Shown here in pieces: positions 17,538 through 27,096 of a stretch of 44,628 nucleotides of DNA. Source of the DNA: a virus. The stretch lies in the UHGV virus genome UHGV-0190738; one strand, 5' to 3'. A program made the position numbers and the translations under genes. How positions within the stretch are numbered: position 1 is the first letter of the stretch; each line of letters starts with the position of its first letter. The notes beneath the pieces were generated by a model. It had not been told where the DNA came from. It saw only the letters and a program-made list of their open reading frames with translations, and searched no databases.

Positions 17538-17849
17538 TTACTTTTTTTCATCAGTGGAATCGTCTTCCTTGATTCCTAAAATATCCATATAGACTTTGTT
17601 TAAAGCGTTGAATAATTCATCGCTTTCAATCCCGTCTAAAATTGTGTCTTCTGTAACTTTTTTATCATTAAAGACTTCCACAGCTAATTCAATCAAAGCG
17701 TCTAACTGCGTACCCATGTCTGCGTCTTTTGCATACATTTTCCGACTGCATTGGATAGCTTTACGGACCGCACGACCTTTGACTTTCATTTTTTCGTGGA
17801 CTACTTTTTCGCCTTTTGCATTTTCTAACTCAAGTCTTACTTTCGCCAT
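17538..17849 (-). CDS. Tail assembly chaperone (gpG-like). Its 3' end carries a -1 frameshift site giving a GT-type extension to 17359.
   Basis: Position between the major tail protein and the TMP. Slippery heptamer A_AAA_AAG precedes the stop. The -1 frame stays open for 64 codons, to a TAG just before the TMP RBS. Confidence 0.6.
   Translation of the reverse strand: MAKVRLELENAKGEKVVHEKMKVKGRAVRKAIQCSRKMYAKDADMGTQLDALIELAVEVFNDKKVTEDTILDGIESDELFNALNKVYMDILGIKEDDSTDEKK
17542..17548 (-). other. Programmed -1 ribosomal frameshift slippery site A_AAA_AAG (G to GT).
   Basis: Seen directly on minus: gatgAAAAAAGtaa. The -1 frame continues KKVSPEEAEE...DFVKSI* to 17359. Confidence 0.5.
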
Positions 17850-17909
17850 CTATAATTTCCTCCTAAAATTTACAAAATAAAAAAGAGGACTGGTTTAGTC
17901 CTCTCTGTT

Positions 17910-18515
17910 TTAGCCTCCAACTACAGCTGTCGGGAATACTAATGCTTTCAATGCAGTGATTTTAGATTCATCATCGCCAATGAATTTCACTAGTGATTGT
18001 CCTTTAGCTTCACCTTCTGCATCATTTGCGATTGCAGAAAATACATATTCTTCTGCCTCAGGCTCAAAGGCATCGTTAGTTGTTGTATTTAAGTTGATCG
18101 ATTCACGGCTAAATTTGCCTTTAAACAAAGCAAGCATAGCAGTTTCACCACTTAAATCTTCTGATTCCATTAGTACGGCACAATACGGTGGTTCAGTGTC
18201 TTCACCTAAGAAGCTAAATCCATTGGTATCGTCGACTTTATATCCCAAAATCTTATCATTTGCGCCATCAGGTAAATCTAGTAAGCCAAAGTTTGCTGAG
18301 ATATCGCCCGTACCTTTTTGAGAAATGTAATAAGGAACATTTGAACCGTACACTTTAGATGGTTCTTTAGACAAACCACTGATTTCAGCTGATACAGTCG
18401 CTCCTTTGTCTTGTTTTCCTTCAATTACGATTAGATTTTCTGCTGGAATTTTCCCGTTTTCATCGAAAACCCCGATTGTCATTTTTTTAAATCCTACTGG
18501 TGTCAATATAATCAC
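17910..18515 (-). CDS. Major tail protein.
   Basis: A roughly 200-aa ORF upstream of the chaperone and TMP. Acidic, Thr/Gly-rich sequence typical of siphovirus MTPs. Confidence 0.65.
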   Translation of the reverse strand: MIILTPVGFKKMTIGVFDENGKIPAENLIVIEGKQDKGATVSAEISGLSKEPSKVYGSNVPYYISQKGTGDISANFGLLDLPDGANDKILGYKVDDTNGFSFLGEDTEPPYCAVLMESEDLSGETAMLALFKGKFSRESINLNTTTNDAFEPEAEEYVFSAIANDAEGEAKGQSLVKFIGDDESKITALKALVFPTAVVGG

Positions 18516-18583
18516 TCTCTTTCTTAATTTTTGACAACAAAAAAAGACACGATTTTTCGTGTCTTGATTCCTGTTATTCTGTT

Positions 18584-18994
18584 TTAATATTGTGTATCGT
18601 AAATTCGTGTATTCCCGTCATAACGACGCGCGTCGACGAACCGTTTTGTTTCCGGAAAATACTCGTCTAATCCTTGCCCCGATACTTGGCCAAAGCCTAA
18701 GTTTTTCATTTCTTTTTTAATCTCGTATTGAATTTGTTTCGAAGTCGCTCGATATTTTGATTCCACATCAATTTGGATTAAATGCTCAATCGAAAGCTCT
18801 TGATCACTACCGTGATAGGCCTCATTCGGTACATCAACGGGCCGAAGTGTGATAAATGCACCTGATTTATCAGCTGTTTCAGGTTGCTCATAAAACTTAA
18901 TTCGATATTCTTGCGAATCGCTGTTATAAGTCATTTCGTGGATGTAGGCATTCGAAATTAACGCCTCGTAAATAATCATTAATATGTCTTTCAT
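18584..18994 (-). CDS. Tail completion / tail terminator-like protein.
   Basis: Position between the HK97 gp10-like gene and the MTP. Confidence 0.4.
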   Translation of the reverse strand: MKDILMIIYEALISNAYIHEMTYNSDSQEYRIKFYEQPETADKSGAFITLRPVDVPNEAYHGSDQELSIEHLIQIDVESKYRATSKQIQYEIKKEMKNLGFGQVSGQGLDEYFPETKRFVDARRYDGNTRIYDTQY

Positions 18995-19461
18995 AGGCTT
19001 TTCTTAACCTCCATTTCCACGGTAGACAAATAAACTGGTTCAGAATTTTTCAATGATTTCGTGATAACCCCGAACCCACGTGGCTTAATCTGACGTCCGT
19101 TTCTTGTATAGCCCCATTCGTTTAAATGGATTAATCGATAACGTTGATGTGGACCATTCCAACCGATTTCTGCTTCAGTATTGTAATTTTTATACGTCGC
19201 ATTTTTACGAACAACTTCATCAATCGTGTATCCTTGATCTTTAAAAACGAGCATGTCAGACTGTAGACGTTTCTCGACTTTCTCAGCGCCGGTATTGATT
19301 GCTTTGCGAGCAATCGATCGGACTTTTTTATCACCAAGTCTTTTTTCCATTGCTTTTAACGTTTCGTTTACGCCTTTAACTTCTACGCTATTCATCGGCA
19401 TACACCGCCAAAAGAATCGTAACGAAACGATTATCCGTAAAATCATTTCGAACATCAGCAA
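18991..19461 (-). CDS. HK97 gp10-family head-tail joining protein. The likely true start is internal, near 19401.
   Basis: Conserved module position. MNSVEVKGVNETLKAMEKRL resembles the gp10 family N-terminus. Confidence 0.5.
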   Translation of the reverse strand: MLMFEMILRIIVSLRFFWRCMPMNSVEVKGVNETLKAMEKRLGDKKVRSIARKAINTGAEKVEKRLQSDMLVFKDQGYTIDEVVRKNATYKNYNTEAEIGWNGPHQRYRLIHLNEWGYTRNGRQIKPRGFGVITKSLKNSEPVYLSTVEMEVKKSL

Positions 19462-19789
19462 TATTCCACCTGATTCCGCTATAGCGCCTGTCTAAAATCT
19501 CCACATAATGTTTATTAGAGACTAAATAGTCTTCTTGCGGATCTCGGATAGTAATTGTAACCGCCTGCTTAGTCGTTTTAGAGTTTAAAATCTCTAAATC
19601 TTTCATCGACGGATTATATATTTCAGCAAAGCAGTTAAAAATAATCTGTTTTTCTTCTTCACCAGGCATCGGCCCTGGTTTTGGCTTATAGCTAAAAAAT
19701 TCAACTGGCGTTCTCATCGCACCATTATTAACTTTAGGCTTCTGATACTCAAACGTTGGTTTCTTCATCGCTAACGTCCTCCTCCACAT
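19388..19789 (-). CDS. Head closure / head-tail adaptor protein.
   Basis: Module position between the gp6-like connector and the gp10-like protein. Confidence 0.45.
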   Translation of the reverse strand: MWRRTLAMKKPTFEYQKPKVNNGAMRTPVEFFSYKPKPGPMPGEEEKQIIFNCFAEIYNPSMKDLEILNSKTTKQAVTITIRDPQEDYLVSNKHYVEILDRRYSGIRWNIADVRNDFTDNRFVTILLAVYADE

Positions 19790-20045
19790 AATTCGAGAGA
19801 GAGACGGCCATTAATTCGGACAAAAAATTTTCATTAAAAAATTCGAGAGAATCATTGTAAACGTATCTGCTACGCTCAATGATTAATTCTCGAATTTCTG
19901 GCTTAGTAATATCTTCACTTCCGCACCAACGCTTTATTGCCGCAGTTGAACTCTCAAGAATATTTTCTAAATTGTCATCATCTGCATTGTGGAAGATACG
20001 CATACGCGATTTAAAATCCTTTAATAATTGTTCCATAGGCTCCAC
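19749..20045 (-). CDS. Head-tail connector (gp6-like, Phage_connect_1).
   Basis: A roughly 100-aa acidic protein just downstream of the capsid gene. MEQLLKDFKSRMRIFHNADDDNLENIL resembles the gp6-like family. Confidence 0.5.
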   Translation of the reverse strand: MEPMEQLLKDFKSRMRIFHNADDDNLENILESSTAAIKRWCGSEDITKPEIRELIIERSRYVYNDSLEFFNENFLSELMAVSLSNYVEEDVSDEETNV

Positions 20046-20048
20046 CGC

Positions 20049-20192
20049 CTAATCTTTTTTCTGAATAAAGCCACTACCAAGATTTTTTTCAATCTCCTTA
20101 GCACGCTTCACAAGTAAATCGATTTCCTGACCTTTTTCGTAAAGTTCTTTGGTGTATTTATCCCTAAAACTTTTAAGGATTGTGTACTTCAT
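20049..20192 (-). CDS. Hypothetical small protein (47 aa from MKYT...).
   Basis: Short ORF between capsid and connector. Weak RBS. Confidence 0.25.
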   Translation of the reverse strand: MKYTILKSFRDKYTKELYEKGQEIDLLVKRAKEIEKNLGSGFIQKKD

Positions 20193-20199
20193 CTTCTCA

Positions 20200-21336
20200 C
20201 TACCCTTCCGGAGTAGGGTCGACAGGCGTTTCATTCACTTTTAATCCCCAAACAGCCGCCGTTTTATCATCTTTTGCTTTTCCATAAGCAAATTGTTTAG
20301 CAGTATACAAATCCATATCTTCGATTGCTAACGTTTGATCGTATTTGCGCAATGTGATTCCTCCGCCGATATAAGCATCGTAACGTCCGCTAACGAAAGT
20401 AACGACTTTTTCGGAAACTTGTGCCAAAGATTCAACGATTTTAAGATTATAAGGGAGAGCGGTTACGTATACGCCTTGCGCATTTAAAGAAGTGTATTGG
20501 CGTTTAACATCCCAAACGTCAGCAGGGTTAACAACCATGACTACTTTGCCATCAACAGCAACAGCACGACCTTTTTCGTCAGTGGAATGGTGTTTGTATA
20601 CGTTCGTTAATTCTTTGACTGTAGTAGCAGAATCAGCAAAAGTTAAATCACCAATTGAAGTTTTTTCGGGATATACTCCGCCAGTGATAGCCACGCCAGC
20701 TTGTACTTGACGATTTAAGCCGATTGGCTTGCCGTTTCCGTCTCCTGCTAAGAACGCCGCTTCTAAAGCAACTGCAAAAGCTTCATCGATTTGAGTAGAT
20801 ACAAAAGATTCGATCCAAGCAGGGCCAAAGTCTTTCAAATCTTTCGGAATTACAACGAACGCCGTTAATTTATTTTGAATAGCTTCTTCTTCACTAAATG
20901 CTGCATCTAATTGGCCTTTTATCTCGCCGTAGATATTTCCCCACACAGCGACTCCGCTTGTTTCAGACTTCAAGAATTTTAAGCGTAATCCAGCATTCAC
21001 CATGCCAATTTCTGCTAATAGCGGATGAGCAGTAGTTAAGTTTTCAAAAATGCGATCGATTGTTTCTTGCGGAAGTAATTTTTCTTCCTTGTAGCCAACG
21101 TCAGTGGTAACTGCATTAAAGAATTTCCGTTCTCGTGCAGAAAGTTTAGCGTCTGCCGGATTAGCAGCAATCAGCCCTTCTGCTTCAGCACGTGCTTGTT
21201 TTTTTGCTTCGTTTAACAATTCATCAAGCATCGCTCCATATAGTTCATTTTGTTTTTCAGCAGGCTCATTATTGTTAACCGCCGCTAAAAAGTTGTCACG
21301 AATCGTTTTGAATTCGTTGGATAATTTCATAGTCAT
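20200..21336 (-). CDS. Major capsid protein (HK97 fold).
   Basis: A 378-aa ORF directly after the ClpP-like protease. N-terminal delta-like coiled-coil region, then a capsid-like core. Confidence 0.8.
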   Translation of the reverse strand: MTMKLSNEFKTIRDNFLAAVNNNEPAEKQNELYGAMLDELLNEAKKQARAEAEGLIAANPADAKLSARERKFFNAVTTDVGYKEEKLLPQETIDRIFENLTTAHPLLAEIGMVNAGLRLKFLKSETSGVAVWGNIYGEIKGQLDAAFSEEEAIQNKLTAFVVIPKDLKDFGPAWIESFVSTQIDEAFAVALEAAFLAGDGNGKPIGLNRQVQAGVAITGGVYPEKTSIGDLTFADSATTVKELTNVYKHHSTDEKGRAVAVDGKVVMVVNPADVWDVKRQYTSLNAQGVYVTALPYNLKIVESLAQVSEKVVTFVSGRYDAYIGGGITLRKYDQTLAIEDMDLYTAKQFAYGKAKDDKTAAVWGLKVNETPVDPTPEG

Positions 21337-21363
21337 TCAGTATGACCTCCTTATTTTTTTGTA

Positions 21364-22071
21364 TTAAAAAAGGAATCGTTTAAAACCAGCGTTTTCTGGT
21401 TCTTTCGATTCCGTTTCTTTGGTATTTAATTTTTCAGATACTTTGTTTGCTAACTCGTCTAAATCAAATTGAGGTTTTAACTTTTCAGCCAATTTTGCAA
21501 TCGCATCTGGTGGGATAACCGGTGACAAGCTCGCAACTAGCAACGGCGCCTCATTGTTTTCAAACATGACTTTATCAGCAAAACCGTTTTCTACTGCTTG
21601 TTCAGCGGTAAGCCACGTTTCATGATTCATCAATTCCAGCAATTCAGCTTCTTCAATGCCCGTTTTTGCAATATAAGCATTCGCGATTGATGAGTTATAA
21701 TTTTTCAATACTTCTGCTTCGTGAGCTAACGTTCGATGATCGCCAGCAGCAGCGCTTGAAACATTATGAATCATAATTTGAGCAGTCGGACTGATTTCAA
21801 TTGTGTTTCCAGCCATTGCAATCACGCTTGCGGCGCTTGCAGCAATACCTACGATTTTCACAGTCACGTCACCTTGATAAGCCCGCAAAGCTGTGTAAAT
21901 CTCACTACCTGCATATACGTCACCACCTCCCGAATTAATCACGACCTCTAGCGGTTCGTTGTTTTCAGGCAATAAAATATCTTTCGGTGATGTGCTGTCC
22001 ATTTCAAATAAATCGTAAATCCATTTTTGATTATTCGAGATAATCGTTCCTTTAATTTCCAGTTTCGTCAT
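21364..22071 (-). CDS. ClpP-like prohead maturation protease (S14).
   Basis: VINSGGGDVYAGSEIYTALRAYQGDVTVKIVGIAASAASVIAMAG matches the ClpP catalytic core. Confidence 0.85.
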   Translation of the reverse strand: MTKLEIKGTIISNNQKWIYDLFEMDSTSPKDILLPENNEPLEVVINSGGGDVYAGSEIYTALRAYQGDVTVKIVGIAASAASVIAMAGNTIEISPTAQIMIHNVSSAAAGDHRTLAHEAEVLKNYNSSIANAYIAKTGIEEAELLELMNHETWLTAEQAVENGFADKVMFENNEAPLLVASLSPVIPPDAIAKLAEKLKPQFDLDELANKVSEKLNTKETESKEPENAGFKRFLF

Positions 22072-23206
22072 TTACTTCCTCCCCTCCTTTCGCTTTCTTA
22101 TAATTTTTGGTGATATAGAATTCATCTCCGCCTTCGATACTTTCATAATCGACTTCTTCGCGAATTTCATTTCGATTGAATCCGCCGCTTGAAATTAACT
22201 TGTCTACTGCATCTGCCAAATCGAAGATATCCTTCTTATCAACGCCTACGACTTTAACTTCTGTTCCGCTCACGTACTCAGATTTGCTGATAGTCTTGGC
22301 GTTTAGCTCGTCTTCAATTTTTTTGTTCAACGATTTCACACAATATTTATTAAGCACTTTCTGGGCGCTCTCTAAATCAGCCAGTTCGCCGTGCAAAATT
22401 GTTGAAGGTATTCCTAAAATATCTGCCACTTCATCGACAAACTGCCGTTTCAATTTCTTGAGTTCGTCAATCGATTGATTAGTTTCGCCAACTGTATTCG
22501 TGAGTTCGTTATACTCCAGCCCTTGTTGCATTGGAATAATAGCAACTGAGTCTTTTCGAAATTTTTCGTACAGTTTATCAATATACGATTGAGCTTTCTT
22601 TTGTAATTTGTCATCAAAGCCTCGGCCTTCTTTGCCTCCGACCGTCGCTCTAATCTGATGATTTCGCATAGCTACTTCAACCATTCGGTTGTAGAGAGAA
22701 GCGTAATCTTCGTACAATCCACGAACATATCTATTCAAGTCGTTGTTGTTGTATTGTAAAAAAATGACTTCACTCATCGGAAACTTTCGTTTGAACTCGT
22801 AGCCTTTCATCCACACACTTTCAAAAACATCGTCATACAACGCATATTCTTTTCGAACGTAGCTTTCAGCAATCAACAATTGATCATCGTCAGAAAGTAC
22901 GATCAATACTTCGTTTTCAGTGATTAGCTTGTAAACGACTTGTTGCCAAAACGAAGAAGCTGATTGATCCAGATTCGGGCGTACATTTAATAAATACGTC
23001 CACTCGTTCGTGATCGGCTGTCCGTTTTTCCGAATTCGAAACTCTGACCGGCTGAATATTCGTGCTATAAATTCTGCACAGGTATCGATTGCTAAATGCT
23101 TCAAATACAGCGTGTTGTATTCGTCAATCAACGTGTCAAAGTCGTAGCTTAATTCAATCTCTGAATTTTTTTTGAAAATATCAAAAAACGATTGAAACAC
23201 TCCCAA
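22052..23206 (-). CDS. Portal protein (HK97 family).
   Basis: A 384-aa ORF between TerL and ClpP, with MQQGLEY...ILGIPSTILHG motifs typical of HK97-type portals. Confidence 0.8.
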   Translation of the reverse strand: MGVFQSFFDIFKKNSEIELSYDFDTLIDEYNTLYLKHLAIDTCAEFIARIFSRSEFRIRKNGQPITNEWTYLLNVRPNLDQSASSFWQQVVYKLITENEVLIVLSDDDQLLIAESYVRKEYALYDDVFESVWMKGYEFKRKFPMSEVIFLQYNNNDLNRYVRGLYEDYASLYNRMVEVAMRNHQIRATVGGKEGRGFDDKLQKKAQSYIDKLYEKFRKDSVAIIPMQQGLEYNELTNTVGETNQSIDELKKLKRQFVDEVADILGIPSTILHGELADLESAQKVLNKYCVKSLNKKIEDELNAKTISKSEYVSGTEVKVVGVDKKDIFDLADAVDKLISSGGFNRNEIREEVDYESIEGGDEFYITKNYKKAKGGEEVNDETGN

Positions 23207-23231
23207 TAGTCACACACCTCCCTTCACTGCC

Positions 23232-24875
23232 TTAAAAATCCCAGTCCTCCATCAAATCAAAGAAGCCTTCTAAATCAACGTCTTCGATTTCTTCTCTTTT
23301 ATATAAAGCAGCTAAAAAGGCGTGGAAGCCATCTGTTTTCCGCCGGACTGGTTCTTTTTTCAAAAATGTTTTGTTTCCTGATTTATCAACTTTGGCGTAG
23401 CTATTATTCGTGTACCATCGCATTGATGGATCATCACCAAAAATAAATTTTTCGTTAGCAAACCCGTCTTCGATGATTGGAGCAACTTTGGATTGGACTC
23501 CTCGAATATTCCGAATGAATTCATAGTTGTAACCTTCTTTTTCCAATAGCGGTTGCAGCAGGTCCATTCGATAACCATCGGCGCACACCATTTCAATCTG
23601 ATACAATTCACGTTTTTCATTCAACCAATCAATTAGTAGTTGAGGAGAAATTGAAGGAGCATCCACGATTGTGAATATTCCTTTATCTGCCCATTCTTTG
23701 ATTGGTGCTTTGATTTTAAAAGTGTCTAAGAATTCTTTTCTGGCAAAGCTGTGTTGTATCCAGATAAATTTCTCATCTTGTTTAAAGAGCAGCCCAACAC
23801 TGGCGAAATCTCGAATTTCCGCATAGTCAAAGCCGGCGACACACGATTTTCCTTTTAAATCACCAATCGGCTGATTAGTAGCTAGTAATTTTTCGTGCGT
23901 AGTAATATCTGATTCCATATCGCCTTCGGTAAAATTCATCCGTTTGACGACAAACTCCCGGCGACCAGACGGCTCTTCTTCTAACTTTAGGTATTCGTCC
24001 ATAACAGTTTGATACAAGCGTTTGGCGTAAGGAGAATCTTCTTCGAACATCGGATTCGCTTTAGACCATAATTCCGGTTTTTCCATCTCTTCGATCGTGT
24101 CGAGTTTACAAATAAATGGAAACAAACGGTCGTTCTTATTTTCACCAGTGAATATTTTCTGTGCGCGTTCTAACATTCGGTCATAGAAACCTTCACGCAC
24201 ATGGCCATTCGTTCCGTTGTAAAATGTCCGTGGATGTTGAATCTTACCTAGCCCGCTCCGTTGAATGTCCACGATATCCGAGTTCTCGAACATGTGAATT
24301 TCATCGAATTCTAAACAGCCATCCCGAGCACTATCCATCGTTTTCGGGTTGTTGGTCCGATAACTAAAAATGGAATTCGTTACTCGATTGGTGATTGCCA
24401 TTTTCGTTAAATAAAACTGCTGTTCTAAACGTTTCGCCTGAACAGTTTCATAGACTTCTTTAAAACTAACTTTCCCTTGTTTTTCCGAATTGGCAGTAAT
24501 AGTCACATCGTAATTTCGCACACCATAGAGCGGGGAAATAAAGAACGAATCTCGTGCAGACATGAAACCATTCTTGCCACCCCCGCGCGCGATAGAGTTC
24601 AAAATTTCATTAAAAAACACCTCGTCATCTTCTTTTTTGTAAAGAAAAATGAAAGGTGTAATAAATTTCTGATATTTAGCTAACGGAAAAAAATTTTTCT
24701 CGGCATAACGAATAAATTTGTGAATCATCTCATCGTCAAAATACAAATCATCTCTCGGAAGGACTTCCTTTTTGAGATACTCGACTAATTGAATACGTTC
24801 TTTATTGAATGGGATTACTCCGCGTTCGTAGAGATCTACGTATTCATCAAAAAAATAAGGTTGTAGCAACGTCAT
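23232..24875 (-). CDS. terL: Terminase large subunit.
   Basis: A 547-aa ORF, with an ATPase N-terminal region and a nuclease C-terminal region (DGYRMD...). It follows TerS and HNH. Confidence 0.85.
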   Translation of the reverse strand: MTLLQPYFFDEYVDLYERGVIPFNKERIQLVEYLKKEVLPRDDLYFDDEMIHKFIRYAEKNFFPLAKYQKFITPFIFLYKKEDDEVFFNEILNSIARGGGKNGFMSARDSFFISPLYGVRNYDVTITANSEKQGKVSFKEVYETVQAKRLEQQFYLTKMAITNRVTNSIFSYRTNNPKTMDSARDGCLEFDEIHMFENSDIVDIQRSGLGKIQHPRTFYNGTNGHVREGFYDRMLERAQKIFTGENKNDRLFPFICKLDTIEEMEKPELWSKANPMFEEDSPYAKRLYQTVMDEYLKLEEEPSGRREFVVKRMNFTEGDMESDITTHEKLLATNQPIGDLKGKSCVAGFDYAEIRDFASVGLLFKQDEKFIWIQHSFARKEFLDTFKIKAPIKEWADKGIFTIVDAPSISPQLLIDWLNEKRELYQIEMVCADGYRMDLLQPLLEKEGYNYEFIRNIRGVQSKVAPIIEDGFANEKFIFGDDPSMRWYTNNSYAKVDKSGNKTFLKKEPVRRKTDGFHAFLAALYKREEIEDVDLEGFFDLMEDWDF

Positions 24876-25300
24876 AATAGATCACTGCCATCTAACGCAG
24901 CAGAAGCAGCCGCATCTCGTTTTTCTTCTGGCAAATAATCTGTCAACTGTTTTATAATCCGCTGATAAGATTGATCACGCGCGTTGTATTGTTTTGCCAC
25001 CGGCCGCTCTCGTTCGTAAGGAATCTGATTTTCTGACTGAGAGAATAATTCATAATCTCCTTTTTCAGAAATATCAATCCACATTTCGTCTAGTAATATT
25101 TTTAATCGTGCCGCTTGAGTCACCAGACCCGATACAACTTTTTTCTTATCGTCAGCCAAATCAAAAAACAATTCATTCAATCGTTTTTCCTCAGCAGCTA
25201 CTTTTTCATTTCTGATTTTTAAATCCGCCATCCAATCACTTCCTTTCTTACGGGAGGGGGTTATGCGCATATCGCTAATAGATTTGCGGAGTTGACCCAT
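24872..25300 (-). CDS. terS: Terminase small subunit (P27-like). The probable start is at 25231 (MADLKI...), with RBS AAGGAAGTGA.
   Basis: Position directly upstream of terL (ATGA overlap), size about 120-140 aa, and pattern similar to P27-family TerS. Confidence 0.6.
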   Translation of the reverse strand: MGQLRKSISDMRITPSRKKGSDWMADLKIRNEKVAAEEKRLNELFFDLADDKKKVVSGLVTQAARLKILLDEMWIDISEKGDYELFSQSENQIPYERERPVAKQYNARDQSYQRIIKQLTDYLPEEKRDAAASAALDGSDLL

Positions 25301-25353
25301 CCACCGGTTTCCAAAATCTCATTTAACATTGAAATATTTTAGACCGGGGGGGC
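25232..25353. other. Candidate packaging (cos) region between the HNH-associated small gene and terS.
   Basis: G-rich runs (GGGAGGGGG, GACCGGGGGGGC) in an otherwise AT-rich genome. The HNH+TerS+TerL arrangement is typical of cos phages, where cos lies here. Confidence 0.25.
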
Positions 25354-25575
25354 TTACAACTCTTGCAACAATTTGATTAACGCTTCTTTCTTACATTTAA
25401 TTTGTTCCTTTTCCGACATTAAGTTAAACATCGAAATAAATACTTGCTCGATTTTTTCACCCTGTTCTTCGTCCTCTTGTTTAATTAATTCCAAGTAAAC
25501 ATTAAACATTCCGTTAACTAATTCTTCCAAATCGTCACCACCATTCATCATCAAATTTTTTCTTGCGTTCTGCAC
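25354..25575 (-). CDS. Hypothetical acidic small protein.
   Basis: ORF between HNH and terS. Confidence 0.4.
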   Translation of the reverse strand: MQNARKNLMMNGGDDLEELVNGMFNVYLELIKQEDEEQGEKIEQVFISMFNLMSEKEQIKCKKEALIKLLQEL

Positions 25576-25846
25576 CGCGATAGTTCATCCGACCGTGGCG
25601 CTTGTTGTGGCAGTCTTTACAAAGTGTTCGAAGATTATCCATATCAGTTGCGAGTTCAGGATAATGTTCTAACTCTTTAATGTGATCGACCTCTAAGATA
25701 GTATCGTTAATACTAACTACCTTGCCTTCGTCCTTGCACCACTGACATTCATAGTGATCTCGCTCTAATACCTTTTGCCTTAGCTTACGCCATGTTGATG
25801 ATCCGTAGAAGTTCGCACGATCCTGCCTTGTCGATACTTCAATCAT
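25535..25846 (-). CDS. HNH endonuclease (packaging-associated).
   Basis: HYECQWC...HIKELEHYPELATDMDNLRTLCKDCHNKRH: HNH with a Cys4 zinc knuckle. Confidence 0.8.
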   Translation of the reverse strand: MIEVSTRQDRANFYGSSTWRKLRQKVLERDHYECQWCKDEGKVVSINDTILEVDHIKELEHYPELATDMDNLRTLCKDCHNKRHGRMNYRGAERKKKFDDEWW

Positions 25847-26405
25847 CTATTTCATCTTTCAATAAGTTAAAGCTTCCGCGCTCTCCTTCTTCATCGATGT
25901 ATACTTCTATCCTCTTGGCGTCTATATCAGTACCTTCGACATACTCAAGAATAGCCGTTAACTTAGTTGGTTTATCCGCTTCGCATGTATGCCAGTGCAT
26001 ATACACATCGACTAGCCCGTTAGGCAATTCGTCTACACGCTCACCGCGGTACCAAACCTCTGGTACTGAATCAGTATCTTTTAGTTTGATTTCTAGTAGG
26101 TTAGGTTTGGTATTCTTAGTTACCGTCTCGTATAACGTTTGCCCATCATGTGTTATCTTCATGTAACAATCATTAGCTTCTACCTCTTTGATTGATGTCA
26201 CAAAATGAGTACCTATTTTTTTGCCAGTCAAAAGATCTTCTCTTTCAGAACGAACCATGAATTTCTCATCGTGGTCATCAAGATAGAAAAAGGTTACCTC
26301 TTCGATACAACCTTCTATATCTTTATGAGGCGTTTTGATAAGCACCTTCGGATAATTAAAGTCTTGTCTAACAACAAAAGGATTTTCTTTTTTATTCCAA
26401 AACAT
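25839..26405 (-). CDS. Hypothetical protein (188 aa).
   Basis: ORF only. Confidence 0.4.
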   Translation of the reverse strand: MFWNKKENPFVVRQDFNYPKVLIKTPHKDIEGCIEEVTFFYLDDHDEKFMVRSEREDLLTGKKIGTHFVTSIKEVEANDCYMKITHDGQTLYETVTKNTKPNLLEIKLKDTDSVPEVWYRGERVDELPNGLVDVYMHWHTCEADKPTKLTAILEYVEGTDIDAKRIEVYIDEEGERGSFNLLKDEIDD

Positions 26406-26602
26406 TACTCTTCCTCCTTAATCCACTTGAAGAATCTGAACCACGCAAGTGTTTGCTCCTTGTTATCATATTCAGGACTGCTACGACTCTCTGACCGAAG
26501 TACATGAATAGCTACATCATCTACAGTGTAGCTGTCAGGTAGCTTTGTCTTAGCGTGATTAAAGCACTGCTGCAAGTATTCAAAGTATGTCATCTCAACC
26601 AC
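26405..26602 (-). CDS. Hypothetical small protein.
   Basis: ORF, ATGA-coupled to its neighbours. Confidence 0.35.
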   Translation of the reverse strand: MVEMTYFEYLQQCFNHAKTKLPDSYTVDDVAIHVLRSESRSSPEYDNKEQTLAWFRFFKWIKEEE

Positions 26603-26793
26603 CTCTTCATGTTCTCTTGAATGTGTTTGTCATTAAACCAGCCGATACCAACGAGAACCAACTTGTACTGATCAATTTCATTAGGTGTCGCTTCGTCCGT
26701 CAGCTCAACAATGGTATAGCGTTTAGCTATCTGCGCTGACATTGCACGCTGAGGATAGTTGCCAGCTAATGAAATGTACCAGTGGTTTCTCAA
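26590..26793 (-). CDS. Hypothetical small protein (TTG start).
   Basis: ORF only. Confidence 0.35.
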   Translation of the reverse strand: MRNHWYISLAGNYPQRAMSAQIAKRYTIVELTDEATPNEIDQYKLVLVGIGWFNDKHIQENMKRWLR

Positions 26794-26798
26794 TTGGA

Positions 26799-26975
26799 TC
26801 AGTCCTTTCTTCGATGTATCTTTCTTCCATATCGCCTAATGACTTCATTGTTTTCTTTACGCTTATATGTATTTCTTTTTATTGGCTTTCGAATTGTTAG
26901 GTAAGGTTCTAAATCTGAACCGGCATAAATACAAGTTTCTTCATATCGTTGTTCGAGATATTGTGGACGATACAT
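26799..26975 (-). CDS. Hypothetical basic small protein (58 aa, below the track threshold).
   Basis: RBS AAGGAGGGAAC 4 nt before the ATG. Lys/Arg-rich. Confidence 0.3.
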   Translation of the reverse strand: MYRPQYLEQRYEETCIYAGSDLEPYLTIRKPIKRNTYKRKENNEVIRRYGRKIHRRKD

Positions 26976-26993
26976 TTTAGTTCCCTCCTTATA

Positions 26994-27090
26994 TTGTCCT
27001 GTAAGCGTTACAATGATATAATCCCTTTAGGGTGAATCCTTTAAAAGTTTGTTTTTCACTTGGCCATCGTGTAAACGGTGGTCTATTTTT
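26994..27090 (+). ncRNA. Candidate plus-strand small transcript: -35 TTGTCC, 17-nt spacer, extended -10 TGATATAAT (27014-27022), then a hairpin (27062-27083) plus TATTTTT.
   Basis: A canonical promoter geometry and a terminator-like hairpin (8 bp, 2 GU pairs) are found on plus only. The region is intergenic within a minus-strand operon. Confidence 0.25.
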
Positions 27091-27096
27091 GTATGC

